Assembly: GCA_024654535.1 (NCBI GenBank)
Contig: JANLHL010000038.1
Coordinates: 1 to 39,580 of the forward strand
Reading direction: 5' to 3'
Source: Candidatus Roizmanbacteria bacterium
GTDB lineage: Bacteria; Patescibacteriota; Microgenomatia; UBA1406
Length of the DNA stretch: 39,580 bases
Shown here in pieces: positions 8,442 through 18,041 of the stretch. A model generated the notes under the pieces. The model was not told where the DNA came from. It worked only from the letters and a program-made list of their open reading frames with translations, and did not search any database. Within the stretch, counting starts at the first letter, position 1; the number at the start of each line of letters is the position of its first letter. The position numbers and the translations under genes are program-made.

Positions 8442-10057
8442 CTATGCAATTAGAAAAGAACCATAATGATATTAAGACAGCAGTAATTTACCTTCGGGTA
8501 TCTACTGAGGAACAAGTAGATAATTTCTCTTTAGATACACAGGCAGATATCTGTACTAAAGAAGCTCAAAGGCGAGGTATTGAGATAATCAAAGTCTTTA
8601 GAGAAGAAGGAAGATCGGCAAAAACAATTACTGGTAGACCTGTACTTATTGAATTATTAGAATTCTGCAGGAAAAATAAAAAAACATTAGATGCTGTAAT
8701 TGCATATAGGCTTGACCGCATATCCCGACAGACTTCAGATTATCTTGCTATCCGTAAAAAACTATCTGAATCTGGAATTTCGCTAATATCTGTTACAGAA
8801 CCAACCGGAAATAGTCCTACAGAAAAATTAGTAGAGACTATCTTAGCTGGATTTGCTCAACTTGATAATGACGTGCGAGGTGAACGTGCACGGAATGGGT
8901 TACGAGCACGTTTTTTCGCTGGACTTCCATGTGGAACACCACCTTTTGGTTATATAAACGAGAATGGGTATGCTGTTAAAGATCCCAAAACATGGGACAA
9001 AGTAAAGACAGCATGGGAACTTATGGCAACTGGAACAAAAACGCTATCAGAAATGGCACGTATTATGAATGAATGGGGTTTATGCCAAACTTCTAGGAGT
9101 AAAGAACGACCATTATTACCACAAACTATTAATCGTATATTTCGGAATAAATTTTACATAGGTATATTAACTTCTAAACGTCATCCTGAAGAAGTAAAAG
9201 GACAACATTTACCCATGATTTCTGAAGCTATCTTTTATCGAGTTCAAGCTGCTCTTGATGGTAGGAATACCAATATTAATGTGCCTTTAGCAAGGAAAAA
9301 CAGAGATAATACAGAGTTTCCACTACGAAGGATAGTACTCTGTCGTAACTGTGGAACGCCATTAACTGGAGCATGGAGTAAAGGGAAACGCCAAAAGTAT
9401 GGATATTATTTTTGTCGGAAAAGGTGCGGTATGTCATCTATTCCAATGGATGATATGAATAATGCCATGATTCATTTTTTATCGACAATTACTCCTACAA
9501 AAGGTTGTTTAGATGCTTTTATTGCACTGTTAAGAAGGACTTATTACCAGCGGATTAAACAATTACAGAAACGAAAAGAAGAAGCTGATAGTGAACTAAA
9601 AAAACTTCAAACCCTTCGGCAATCATTGATTCAGAAAAATCTAACTGGTGTCTATTCTGATGAAATATTTAAAGATCAAAATAAACTTATTGAGGAACAG
9701 ATACTATCTTTACAAATAGCAAAAAGTGACGAATCGTTAGCAAAATATAATCTTGAATCGATTGTTAAGTTTATGCAGGAGAAATTTAATAATTTAGGTA
9801 GAACGTATCAAATGTCTAACTTGAGCCAGATTAGAGTTCTCTTGTGTTCGATATTTCCATCTGGGATGGTATGGAGCTATCCGGGCTATTCGAACACCTC
9901 AATTAGCCCATTATATCAATCTATTCGTATGTTTGAGGATGATAGCATCACTTCTGGCGGAGGAGGCGGGATTCGAACCCGCGAGCTCTTGCGAGCGCAC
10001 GCTTTCCAAGCGTGTGGAATAAACCGCTATCCGACTCCTCCAAAGATAAGTTGCTAA
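8438..10057 (+). CDS. Large serine recombinase
   Basis: IYLRVSTEEQ catalytic Ser, LDRISR, PPFGY recombinase domain, CRNCG/YYFC zinc ribbon, coiled coil. Confidence 0.93.
   Translation: MTMQLEKNHNDIKTAVIYLRVSTEEQVDNFSLDTQADICTKEAQRRGIEIIKVFREEGRSAKTITGRPVLIELLEFCRKNKKTLDAVIAYRLDRISRQTSDYLAIRKKLSESGISLISVTEPTGNSPTEKLVETILAGFAQLDNDVRGERARNGLRARFFAGLPCGTPPFGYINENGYAVKDPKTWDKVKTAWELMATGTKTLSEMARIMNEWGLCQTSRSKERPLLPQTINRIFRNKFYIGILTSKRHPEEVKGQHLPMISEAIFYRVQAALDGRNTNINVPLARKNRDNTEFPLRRIVLCRNCGTPLTGAWSKGKRQKYGYYFCRKRCGMSSIPMDDMNNAMIHFLSTITPTKGCLDAFIALLRRTYYQRIKQLQKRKEEADSELKKLQTLRQSLIQKNLTGVYSDEIFKDQNKLIEEQILSLQIAKSDESLAKYNLESIVKFMQEKFNNLGRTYQMSNLSQIRVLLCSIFPSGMVWSYPGYSNTSISPLYQSIRMFEDDSITSGGGGGIRTRELLRAHAFQACGINRYPTPPKISC
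9955..10041 (-). tRNA. tRNA-Ser(GGA), CCA encoded
   Basis: GGAGGAG acceptor, CACGC-TTGGAAA-GCGTG anticodon arm, long variable arm, GTTCGAATC, ending GCCA. Confidence 0.95.
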
Positions 10058-10154
10058 TGGGGGTAATTATACCAACTTAGAACCCCTTTATTGAGAGATT
10101 GAAACGCCATTTGATTTAGCACCATACTCGATGTATGCTTTGTAACTAATTACT

Positions 10155-11168
10155 ATGCACAGCAACAAAACAACAATTGTCGTTAGTGGCAGCATAGCCT
10201 TTGATCATATAATGAATCTCAAAGGGAAATTTGCTGATTATATTTTGCCCGATCAGATACACAAACTGAACGTTTCTTTTCTCATGGATACGGTCAAAAA
10301 GGAATTTGGTGGCACAGGAGGAAACCAGGCCTATTCTCTTGCGTTGCTGGGAGAGCATCCTCATCTTCTTACAACTGCCGGAAATGATTTTACGTCATAT
10401 AACACATATCTACAGAACGTTGGGGTAAATACCGATCAGGTTGAGATACAAAGAGCCATGCCCTGCGCGGTAGGGTTTGCGATGACCGACCTCAATGATA
10501 ATCAAATATGGGGATTTGGATCTGCGGCATCTGGCGAGATAACTAAATACAAACCGGATCATTTTTTACACACATTTACGGATAAAAAAAATCTCTTCGT
10601 CATACTCGCTCCACAGCATCAAGACGCGATGATTCGTTGGGCGACGTATTGCCGCACAAATAATATCCGCTATATGTTTGATCCTGCATTTCAGATTCCA
10701 CAGATTTCCAATACGCAGTTAGAACGAGCAATTGCCGGAGCGGAACTGCTATTTGGCAATGACTATGAGCTCGCCTTGATATCTTCAAAACTCAAACTGG
10801 CCACTCTATTTGATATTTTTCGTAAAAACGCAAAGACGAAAGTTGTCGTAAAAACACTCGGTCCAAACGGTTCTATTGTCTACGATCTTATACACAAGAA
10901 AGAATACCGAATTCCAGCAGTACGTATTGCGAAGGTTGTGGATCCTACGGGAGCCGGAGATGCATACAGATCTGGATTTATTACTGGTTATTTAAATCAC
11001 AGGAGCTTAACCCGGTGCGGGTGCATGGGATCTGTTGCCGCAAGCTACGCTGTTGAACACTATGGAACGATTAACCATACGTTTACACACACGCAATTTA
11101 ATAAAAGGTTGAAAGATAACTATGCGGATATGTTAGAATTACATCCTAAAACACACTATGAACTATAG
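10155..11168 (+). CDS. PfkB-family kinase, adenosine-kinase-like
   Basis: GSIAFD, GGTGGN, FDP, DPTGAGDAY; overlaps ahcY. Confidence 0.88.
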   Translation: MHSNKTTIVVSGSIAFDHIMNLKGKFADYILPDQIHKLNVSFLMDTVKKEFGGTGGNQAYSLALLGEHPHLLTTAGNDFTSYNTYLQNVGVNTDQVEIQRAMPCAVGFAMTDLNDNQIWGFGSAASGEITKYKPDHFLHTFTDKKNLFVILAPQHQDAMIRWATYCRTNNIRYMFDPAFQIPQISNTQLERAIAGAELLFGNDYELALISSKLKLATLFDIFRKNAKTKVVVKTLGPNGSIVYDLIHKKEYRIPAVRIAKVVDPTGAGDAYRSGFITGYLNHRSLTRCGCMGSVAASYAVEHYGTINHTFTHTQFNKRLKDNYADMLELHPKTHYEL

Positions 11169-12450
11169 CATAGCCGACTTAAAACTAGCTCCTAAAGGGA
11201 AAAAAAGGATAGATTGGGCAAATCTACGAATGCCAGTTCTGGCAACTATCGCTGCCCGTTTTTCCAAAACAAAACCGCTGAAGGGTTTGCGTATAGGAGC
11301 ATGTCTCCATGTAACCACAGAGACGGCCAACTTGATGATCGTCCTAAAAAGCGCAGGGGCATCGGTGTATTTGTGTGCATCCAATCCGCTGTCTACACAA
11401 GACGATACTGCCGCAGCACTTGTCCGTTATTTCAATATTCCAGTTTTTGCTATATACGGCGAAGATAAGAAAACCTACTACCGTCATTTGGAACACGTTT
11501 TAAATGTACAACCACATATTACTATGGATGACGGTGCTGATCTGGTTTCGTTATTGAGCACTTATTCCATAGCTGAAGAGAATAAACGGTATACGATAAA
11601 AAACAAGAGCAACAAATCTTGGAATTTCTACGGTAGTAGCGAAGAGACAACGACTGGCGTTATTCGTCTGAAGGCTATGGAAAAAGATGGTGCGCTTAAA
11701 ATACCGGTACTTGCGGTGAACGATTCGTATACAAAGTATTTATTCGATAACCGTTATGGGACGGGGCAATCAACCATCGATGGTATTTTACGTGCTACAA
11801 ATATTTTACTCGCTGGAAAAAAGGTTGTCGTTGCTGGGTACGGTTGGTGTGGAAGGGGCTTTGCCACAAGGGTGAGAGGTATGGGTTCACACGTCATTGT
11901 AACTGAAGTAGATCCAGTTCGGGCACTGGAAGCCGTAATGGACGGCTTTCAAGTAATGCCCATGAATAAGGCGGCAAAGATAGGTGATTTATTTGTAACT
12001 CTAACGGGTGATAAATCAGTTATCACCCTTTCGCATTTGCGTTCGATGACAAATGGTGCAATTGTTGCAAATTCCGGTCATTTCAATGTTGAAATTGAGG
12101 TAGATAAACTAGAGAAAGCTGCTCAATCTAAGAGAGAAATCCGTGAAAACATGGTGGAATATGTACTAAATGGTAAAAAGATATATGTTTTAGGTGAAGG
12201 AAGATTGATCAACTTAGCCGCCGCAGAAGGTCATCCTGCAGAAGTGATGGATCTGAGTTTTGCCAATCAAGCGTTGGCCGCGGAATGGTTATACAAGAGT
12301 CGTGGTACACTGTCGCCTCGTGTCTATAAATTACCTGAAAAATTAGATACTACGGTTGCAAAGCTTAAGTTGAAGGCTATGCATATCCAGTATGATACGC
12401 TAACCCAAGAACAAAAGAAGTATTTAAACAGCTGGCAAGAGGGAACATAG
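11158..12450 (+). CDS. ahcY: Adenosylhomocysteinase
   Basis: ACLHVT, SNPLSTQD, EETTTG, FDNRYGTGQS, GYGWCG, GHPAEVMDLSF. Confidence 0.97.
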   Translation: MNYSIADLKLAPKGKKRIDWANLRMPVLATIAARFSKTKPLKGLRIGACLHVTTETANLMIVLKSAGASVYLCASNPLSTQDDTAAALVRYFNIPVFAIYGEDKKTYYRHLEHVLNVQPHITMDDGADLVSLLSTYSIAEENKRYTIKNKSNKSWNFYGSSEETTTGVIRLKAMEKDGALKIPVLAVNDSYTKYLFDNRYGTGQSTIDGILRATNILLAGKKVVVAGYGWCGRGFATRVRGMGSHVIVTEVDPVRALEAVMDGFQVMPMNKAAKIGDLFVTLTGDKSVITLSHLRSMTNGAIVANSGHFNVEIEVDKLEKAAQSKREIRENMVEYVLNGKKIYVLGEGRLINLAAAEGHPAEVMDLSFANQALAAEWLYKSRGTLSPRVYKLPEKLDTTVAKLKLKAMHIQYDTLTQEQKKYLNSWQEGT

Positions 12451-12620
12451 GTAGAAAGTTCGTTATCTGCAAAACTATTTTAAATATGCTATACTATATC
12501 TTAAGATAGTAAGAAACTTCTGATAATCGTAGTAACTACACGATCAACTGAGCTCTCTTTTTTTCAATAAATAGAGCTTATATAAGCTCTTACTCTCAAT
12601 TATATATTTATACATATTGT

Positions 12621-13859
12621 ATGTTTAATAGAAACAGAAGGCCAGTTGGCCCACGTAGGTTCGGTTCGTCAGGTCCGTCGAAGTTTGGTAGTAATGGGAG
12701 TCGTTTTAGACAATCTTCACGCGGTGGAGGTCGGTATGGTAATAAGTTTGTTTCATACGACATGGTCCAGCGTTACATAGAACGCGCATCGGCAACAAAA
12801 AATACTGCTGTTGCAGAAGAAGAGGAGACAAGACCGTTTTCTGTGTTGACTTTGCAAAGCAGGCTGAAAGAGAACATTAAGGCAAGAGGATACGAAAAAA
12901 TGACACCTATTCAAGATAAGGCCATTTCCCAAATTCTAGAGAATCGTGACGTTATTGGTATAGCCAATACTGGCACAGGTAAAACAGGAGCCTTTTTGAT
13001 TCCCATAATAGAGCGAATAACAAAAGATTCTAGCTATAAAGCACTTGTCATAGTGCCGACGAGAGAACTTGCTATACAAATTCGCGATGAGCTTCAACAT
13101 TTTTCAGCGAATATGTCTATTTATAGCACCGTATGCATAGGAAAATCATCTATGTACAGCCAAAAACAGCAACTACGCCGTAATCCTCATGTGGTTATAG
13201 GCACACCAGGAAGATTGAAAGATCTTATAGAGCGCAAAGATTTAAATTTAAGTATGTTCCGCGTTGTTGTACTAGATGAAGTTGATCGTATGTTAGATAT
13301 GGGTTTCGTACAAGATGTTCGACATATCATTGGGTTTTTGCCTCCTGTGCGACAATCTCTGTTTTTTTCAGCGACAGTTTCTGCAGAAATAAATAGCCTC
13401 ATTCAAAGCTTTGTGAGAAATCCAGTGTCTATTTCAGTAAAGACACATGAGACAACGAGTAATATCGAACAAAAAGTGATGCGTGCGAGTGGAGAGTCAG
13501 CAAAAATAGAGCTTTTACATTCACTATTGTCAAAAGAAGAATTTGGCAAAGTGTTGGTATTCGGAAGAACGAAACGCAATGTAGACAAGCTTACAAAAGC
13601 ACTGTTTGAGAAGGGGTATAAAACTGCCTCTATTCACGGAGACAAGCCACAAGCTAATCGCCAACGTGCAATACAGATGTTTAAGCAAGACGAGGTGAAG
13701 ATCTTGGTAGCAACCGATGTTGCAGCACGGGGCTTAGATATTGCAAATATTACCCATGTCATAAACTTTGATGCGCCCGAGACATTTGAAGACTATGTAC
13801 ATCGTATCGGAAGAACGGGAAGAGCAGATAAACTGGGTATTGCGGTGACGTTTGTGTAA
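12621..13859 (+). CDS. DEAD/DEAH-box RNA helicase
   Basis: Q motif TPIQ, TGTGKT, PTRELA, TPGRL, DEVD, SAT, ARGLD, HRIGRTGR; RG-rich N-terminus. Confidence 0.95.
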   Translation: MFNRNRRPVGPRRFGSSGPSKFGSNGSRFRQSSRGGGRYGNKFVSYDMVQRYIERASATKNTAVAEEEETRPFSVLTLQSRLKENIKARGYEKMTPIQDKAISQILENRDVIGIANTGTGKTGAFLIPIIERITKDSSYKALVIVPTRELAIQIRDELQHFSANMSIYSTVCIGKSSMYSQKQQLRRNPHVVIGTPGRLKDLIERKDLNLSMFRVVVLDEVDRMLDMGFVQDVRHIIGFLPPVRQSLFFSATVSAEINSLIQSFVRNPVSISVKTHETTSNIEQKVMRASGESAKIELLHSLLSKEEFGKVLVFGRTKRNVDKLTKALFEKGYKTASIHGDKPQANRQRAIQMFKQDEVKILVATDVAARGLDIANITHVINFDAPETFEDYVHRIGRTGRADKLGIAVTFV

Positions 13860-13879
13860 TGGAATAGGAGTGGTGACTT

Positions 13880-14152
13880 ATGTATACTATGCGCATGAGC
13901 ATAGAAAAGGAGAATGTTCGGTTTAAGTTGGATCAATTACGAAAAGATAAGATTATTTATGCGATTGAGTCCTGCGCCACTAATACAATCTGTCTTTTTG
14001 GTTTTTTATTTTCGAACCAATACTTTCACAATCCGCTAAGAGATACTGTGAATATATTACTACTGCTAATTGCGATCGGATACACGCTCTATATGGGAGT
14101 TGGAAACAGTAAGCGTTTGTTAAATATAAAAAAACTGGAAAAAACCATTTAA
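13880..14152 (+). CDS. Small two-TM membrane protein
   Basis: Two hydrophobic segments; TAATG coupling to the next gene. Start could be 13880 or 13895. Confidence 0.65.
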   Translation: MYTMRMSIEKENVRFKLDQLRKDKIIYAIESCATNTICLFGFLFSNQYFHNPLRDTVNILLLLIAIGYTLYMGVGNSKRLLNIKKLEKTI

Positions 14153-14682
14153 TGCCCAAACGTATCTCTGAAAAAACCATTTTTGAAAAAGGTCGTTTTT
14201 TGTTGAAGGACATTACTATCCAACTTGATTCAGATAAGACAGTGACCTATCAAATGTGGGACAAACCTGATACCGCAATGATAGTGCCTATTACTGAGAA
14301 CGGAGATTGTATATTCATACGTGAGTATCATGCCGCACTGGATTCTACGATTGTTGCTTTGCCAAAGGGAAGGGTAGAGAGTGGAGATTTAGCACTTGAG
14401 GCAGCAAATAAAGAATTACAGGAGGAAGTTGGCTATGGTGCCGGCACATTAACTCACATAGCTACGTTTAGCGTAATCCCTGGATATATTTCTGGATTAA
14501 CGCACGTATATCTGGCCCAGAACCTTATTAAAAGCGAGAAGAAGGGTGACGAACAGTGGGAATTACCCATGTTTCTACACCCTCTAAAAGAGTTCGAAAA
14601 ACTTATCGACGATAAGATGCTTACAGAAGCGCGCATGATAGCGGCACTCTATGAAGTTCGACGGTTTTTATATAATAAGTAA
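14152..14682 (+). CDS. NUDIX hydrolase, NudE/ADP-ribose pyrophosphatase-like
   Basis: PKGRVESGDLALEAANKELQEEVGYGA Nudix box, resembling NudE. Confidence 0.85.
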   Translation: MPKRISEKTIFEKGRFLLKDITIQLDSDKTVTYQMWDKPDTAMIVPITENGDCIFIREYHAALDSTIVALPKGRVESGDLALEAANKELQEEVGYGAGTLTHIATFSVIPGYISGLTHVYLAQNLIKSEKKGDEQWELPMFLHPLKEFEKLIDDKMLTEARMIAALYEVRRFLYNK

Positions 14683-14690
14683 ATACATCA

Positions 14691-15107
14691 ATGCCAAACG
14701 TTATTGCATCAGTTAAAGCCTTCATATTACACAAAGAGAAAGTACTTATGGTATATGAAAAGTTACGTAAAAATGGCACGTGGGATTTACCCGGTGGCAA
14801 GATAGAATACGGAGAGACTCCTTACCAGGCATTGAAGCGGGAAATTCATGAAGAGCTGAGGATTGAAATTGAAATCAAAAAACCTCTTGGCTTGTATTGG
14901 TTTTATTCAGAACATAACAAACACGAAGTTATCTGTAGCACTTTTTTATGCACTGTGAAAGAAAATTGTGTTATTGATATCACTCAAAATCCAGCAGACG
15001 AAAAGATAACCGAGTACAGGTGGGTGACGAGAAAAGACATTGTTACAAACAATATAGTACCCATTACTGAAAGCCTCATGGAATTGTTATCTGCTTCAAT
15101 TTTTTAA
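14691..15107 (+). CDS. NUDIX hydrolase
   Basis: WDLPGGKIEYGETPYQALKREIHEEL. Confidence 0.9.
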   Translation: MPNVIASVKAFILHKEKVLMVYEKLRKNGTWDLPGGKIEYGETPYQALKREIHEELRIEIEIKKPLGLYWFYSEHNKHEVICSTFLCTVKENCVIDITQNPADEKITEYRWVTRKDIVTNNIVPITESLMELLSASIF

Positions 15108-15132
15108 GATATTGAAATACAGATTACCCCAA

Positions 15133-16620
15133 TCATTTTCTATACACAAGTAGCCATTCGTTGTCGATACGTATTTTTTTAACCATGTGTAACCCTTTTG
15201 TTGCAGTGAATTCCCAGCGCTGTTCTTTAAGTGTTTTCTGCTCAGATTGGGTAATGACGTAAAGCGTGTTTAAATTTTCATACTCTTTTTCTGAGGCTGG
15301 TTTTACAGCTGTGTCTCGTTCTAAAAAGTATCGAAATGCGGTAGCTTGCGCATCACCAATAATATTCTCAGTAATGTTATAGGGAGGTTTGGGGTTATCC
15401 TTTCGTATTAATGTGCTAATTTTTTCTATTTCACGTATGGGTATATATCCATACGGCGACCGAGCCGGAGTGACAATTATACTCAAGCTGCTTACGAGAG
15501 CGTATACTGTTAAAAACAGTAATAGTACCGTTGTTGACTTATAGTTCAAAAAGGCAAAAATTACTAAAAAAAGTAAGAAAGGATATATCGCAAATAAATA
15601 ACGCATAAAATATTCAGAGAATCCCGAGGCGAGTGCCGTCATAATAAAAGCAAAAGTAGTCACAATAATTCCTGCGTAAATAAAAGATGTATGTAATATT
15701 TTGTTTCTTGTTGTATGGAGCCATAGTGTAATAGAAATACATAAAAGAGTGCCCATACTTGCCGTAAAAACACGTGGTAATTGCAATAACTTTTTATAGT
15801 GAAATTCAGCGTCATATATTCCAAAAGGTACGAGAAGCCCATGGTCAAGCCTTGATAATCTGTTCAGTATGGTGCGATATCCTGTTGTTGTGCCATTTGT
15901 AAGATGTTGAATAAATCCTTGCGTAAGATACCACGAGTGTCGAAATTCAAAAAGTATGAGGGGCATACTTGCCAAGATGAATCCACCAACAAACCAAAGG
16001 GCGGACAGCCTCCACGACTTTATACGAAGTATAGGAATAAGTAGTAATGGTAACGCCGCAAAATAGTGAAGATTAAAAATAATCCCTACAAGCATACCTG
16101 CTAAAAATATCCACAGCGATTGACGCTTCTTGCTATAGGTGTAATAAAAGCAGAGCCAAAAGAATACAGAGAGCGAAAGAATGGGGCTGGGGTTCCAGAA
16201 AATCCTGGTATAGATGACCGAAACTGGCGAGGCTGCAAAAATGGCAGTAGCAAGTAACCGTTGCCACGATTTTTTAGTAGCTGAAGCAGTAAGTGCATAA
16301 AACATAGGTATGGCAATGAGCATAAGGAGTGCGTTCGGTATGGTGGCTGCTGTCACTTGAAATTTTTGCAATAACAATCCTGCCATCCCTATATAGTAGT
16401 GTAATGACCCGAAATACAAAACATGGGTTCCATACTGACCAAGCGAGATAGGAGGACCAATGAGAGTGAGCTTCTTGTTCTGATAGAGTCGTAAAACTGC
16501 CAACATATCTCGGGCAGTATCTTCTTTAAAAATATAGCCCGTATCTAAGTTAAATCTGTATAAAAATAAACCTAAACACATAATGGCTACGATATAAAAC
16601 CAAGTTGTCAATTTCGACAT
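15133..16620 (-). CDS. GT-C fold (ArnT/PMT-like) membrane glycosyltransferase
   Basis: Multiple TM helices, EDTARD loop, IGPP, SP...R..WNP. Confidence 0.75.
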   Translation of the reverse strand: MSKLTTWFYIVAIMCLGLFLYRFNLDTGYIFKEDTARDMLAVLRLYQNKKLTLIGPPISLGQYGTHVLYFGSLHYYIGMAGLLLQKFQVTAATIPNALLMLIAIPMFYALTASATKKSWQRLLATAIFAASPVSVIYTRIFWNPSPILSLSVFFWLCFYYTYSKKRQSLWIFLAGMLVGIIFNLHYFAALPLLLIPILRIKSWRLSALWFVGGFILASMPLILFEFRHSWYLTQGFIQHLTNGTTTGYRTILNRLSRLDHGLLVPFGIYDAEFHYKKLLQLPRVFTASMGTLLCISITLWLHTTRNKILHTSFIYAGIIVTTFAFIMTALASGFSEYFMRYLFAIYPFLLFLVIFAFLNYKSTTVLLLFLTVYALVSSLSIIVTPARSPYGYIPIREIEKISTLIRKDNPKPPYNITENIIGDAQATAFRYFLERDTAVKPASEKEYENLNTLYVITQSEQKTLKEQRWEFTATKGLHMVKKIRIDNEWLLVYRK

Positions 16621-16666
16621 GAGAAAATAATAACATTAGTGGTAAATTTGGAGCAGAGCAGAAAAT

Positions 16667-18001
16667 TTAATGTAGCAATAGCCGTTTTATTGCAGCCAAT
16701 AAGTACATAGATCCGGTGACCACTACGATATCACTTGAGAGCGCAATAGCTTTTTCAAGAGCCTTTTTTTGATTAGGTTCTTTGATGCATATGCTTTTCA
16801 TCTCGTCAGATATTTTTAGGTATAGGTCATTTGCAGAGCTTGAAATTTGTGGAATATCCATTGTTTCGAATGCAAATTCCGTTAACACTATATGCTGTGC
16901 ATTTATTAAGCAATACCGCAACATTATTTTTGAATTTTTGTCATTCTTCACTGCAATACAATAGGTAATTTTCTTATTTTGGTAAACCTTACTTAGTGTT
17001 TGCACGAATGCCTTCATTTTTTGTGGATTATGTGCGCTGTCTAGTATCAGTAATTTTTTCTTGTAGTTTATAGTTTCAAACCTCCCAGGAATAGTTGTAT
17101 GTGCAAATATATTTTGTGCAGTTTTGTGAGAAAATGTCCATGCATCTCGCTTACTGACATACTCTACTCCAGCGAGCGCTAAGCTCGCATTTTGAGCTTG
17201 GTAATAGCCGATTGTTTTAAGGGCGTACTGTACGTACGAGTCTGAGAGCATATATCTGAAAAAAGTACCGAGCGGTGACACCTGTATAGTGTTATATGAA
17301 GTAGGGTTTGTGACAAAAGACAATGAGGCTTTATTTTTTTGTGCGGCACGAGTAAACACAGCTTGTACTGTAGGGCTCTGATCACAAGAAAATACAACGT
17401 TTTTTGCGTAAATTATACCAGTCTTTTGTGCAGCAATTGCCTTTGTAGTTTTTCCAAGTACCGAGGTATGGTCAAGGCCAATTTTTGTTAAGAGACATAC
17501 TTTATCAGTTCTCTCGACAACGTTAGTTCCATCAAACAAACCTCCGACTCCTGTTTCGATGACAGCATAATCAACCCGTTCTTCATAAAACCACACGTAT
17601 GCTATTGCGACTAATATCTCAAAATAGGTTGCCGAACCGTACCTAGCTGTTTCCAGGTGTTTAAGGGCATCTCTTACCGACTGTAAGATAGCAACAAAAC
17701 TTTTTTTCGCTATCATTTGTCCATTTATTTGTAGGCGCTCACGTATATCTACAAAATGTGGTTTTACATGCAAACCAGTTTTTTTACCATGTGCTGATAA
17801 AAGCGAGCTTACAAAAGTTGCGGTCGATCCCTTTCCTGAAGTTCCGGCAATATGAATTATGCGCAGCTTATTCTGTGGATTTCCTAGAAGTTCCATTATG
17901 CGCTTCATGCGAAGCAGACCTAGGTGTGCTGGAAATTTTGTCTTGCGTGTTTGTGGTATCGTCGAGTACATGTACTCGACGGCCTCATCAAAGGTTTTCA
18001 T
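16667..18001 (-). CDS. folC: Folylpolyglutamate synthase/dihydrofolate synthase
   Basis: IHIAGTSGKGST, ETGVGG..DGTN, GLDHT, PGRFE, LDSAHN, TGSMYL. Start re-assigned to MKTFDEA. Confidence 0.92.
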   Translation of the reverse strand: MKTFDEAVEYMYSTIPQTRKTKFPAHLGLLRMKRIMELLGNPQNKLRIIHIAGTSGKGSTATFVSSLLSAHGKKTGLHVKPHFVDIRERLQINGQMIAKKSFVAILQSVRDALKHLETARYGSATYFEILVAIAYVWFYEERVDYAVIETGVGGLFDGTNVVERTDKVCLLTKIGLDHTSVLGKTTKAIAAQKTGIIYAKNVVFSCDQSPTVQAVFTRAAQKNKASLSFVTNPTSYNTIQVSPLGTFFRYMLSDSYVQYALKTIGYYQAQNASLALAGVEYVSKRDAWTFSHKTAQNIFAHTTIPGRFETINYKKKLLILDSAHNPQKMKAFVQTLSKVYQNKKITYCIAVKNDKNSKIMLRYCLINAQHIVLTEFAFETMDIPQISSSANDLYLKISDEMKSICIKEPNQKKALEKAIALSSDIVVVTGSMYLLAAIKRLLLH

Positions 18002-18041
18002 ATGCGACATTATACACGAGTAGAGTGTGTATAATAAAACA

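Larger units (their letters stand above)
1..9954. mobile_element. Integrative (probably mobilisable) element at the 3' end of tRNA-Ser; left end lies outside the window
   Basis: Large serine recombinase abutting the tRNA 3' end, plus XRE regulator, coupling ATPase, replication-relaxation protein, radC and DUF2958. Housekeeping genes begin right after the tRNA. Confidence 0.8.

Noticed and set aside
1-9954. Direct repeat of the tRNA-Ser 3' end marking the other att site
   Set aside because: Not found by eye in the window; the far boundary cannot be called.
10042-10154. SAH or SAM riboswitch upstream of the kinase-ahcY operon
   Set aside because: No recognisable consensus; the space is short and includes the tRNA promoter.
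14135-14185. GAAAAAACCATTT repeated at a gene junction
   Set aside because: Short, low-complexity and coding in both copies; likely chance.
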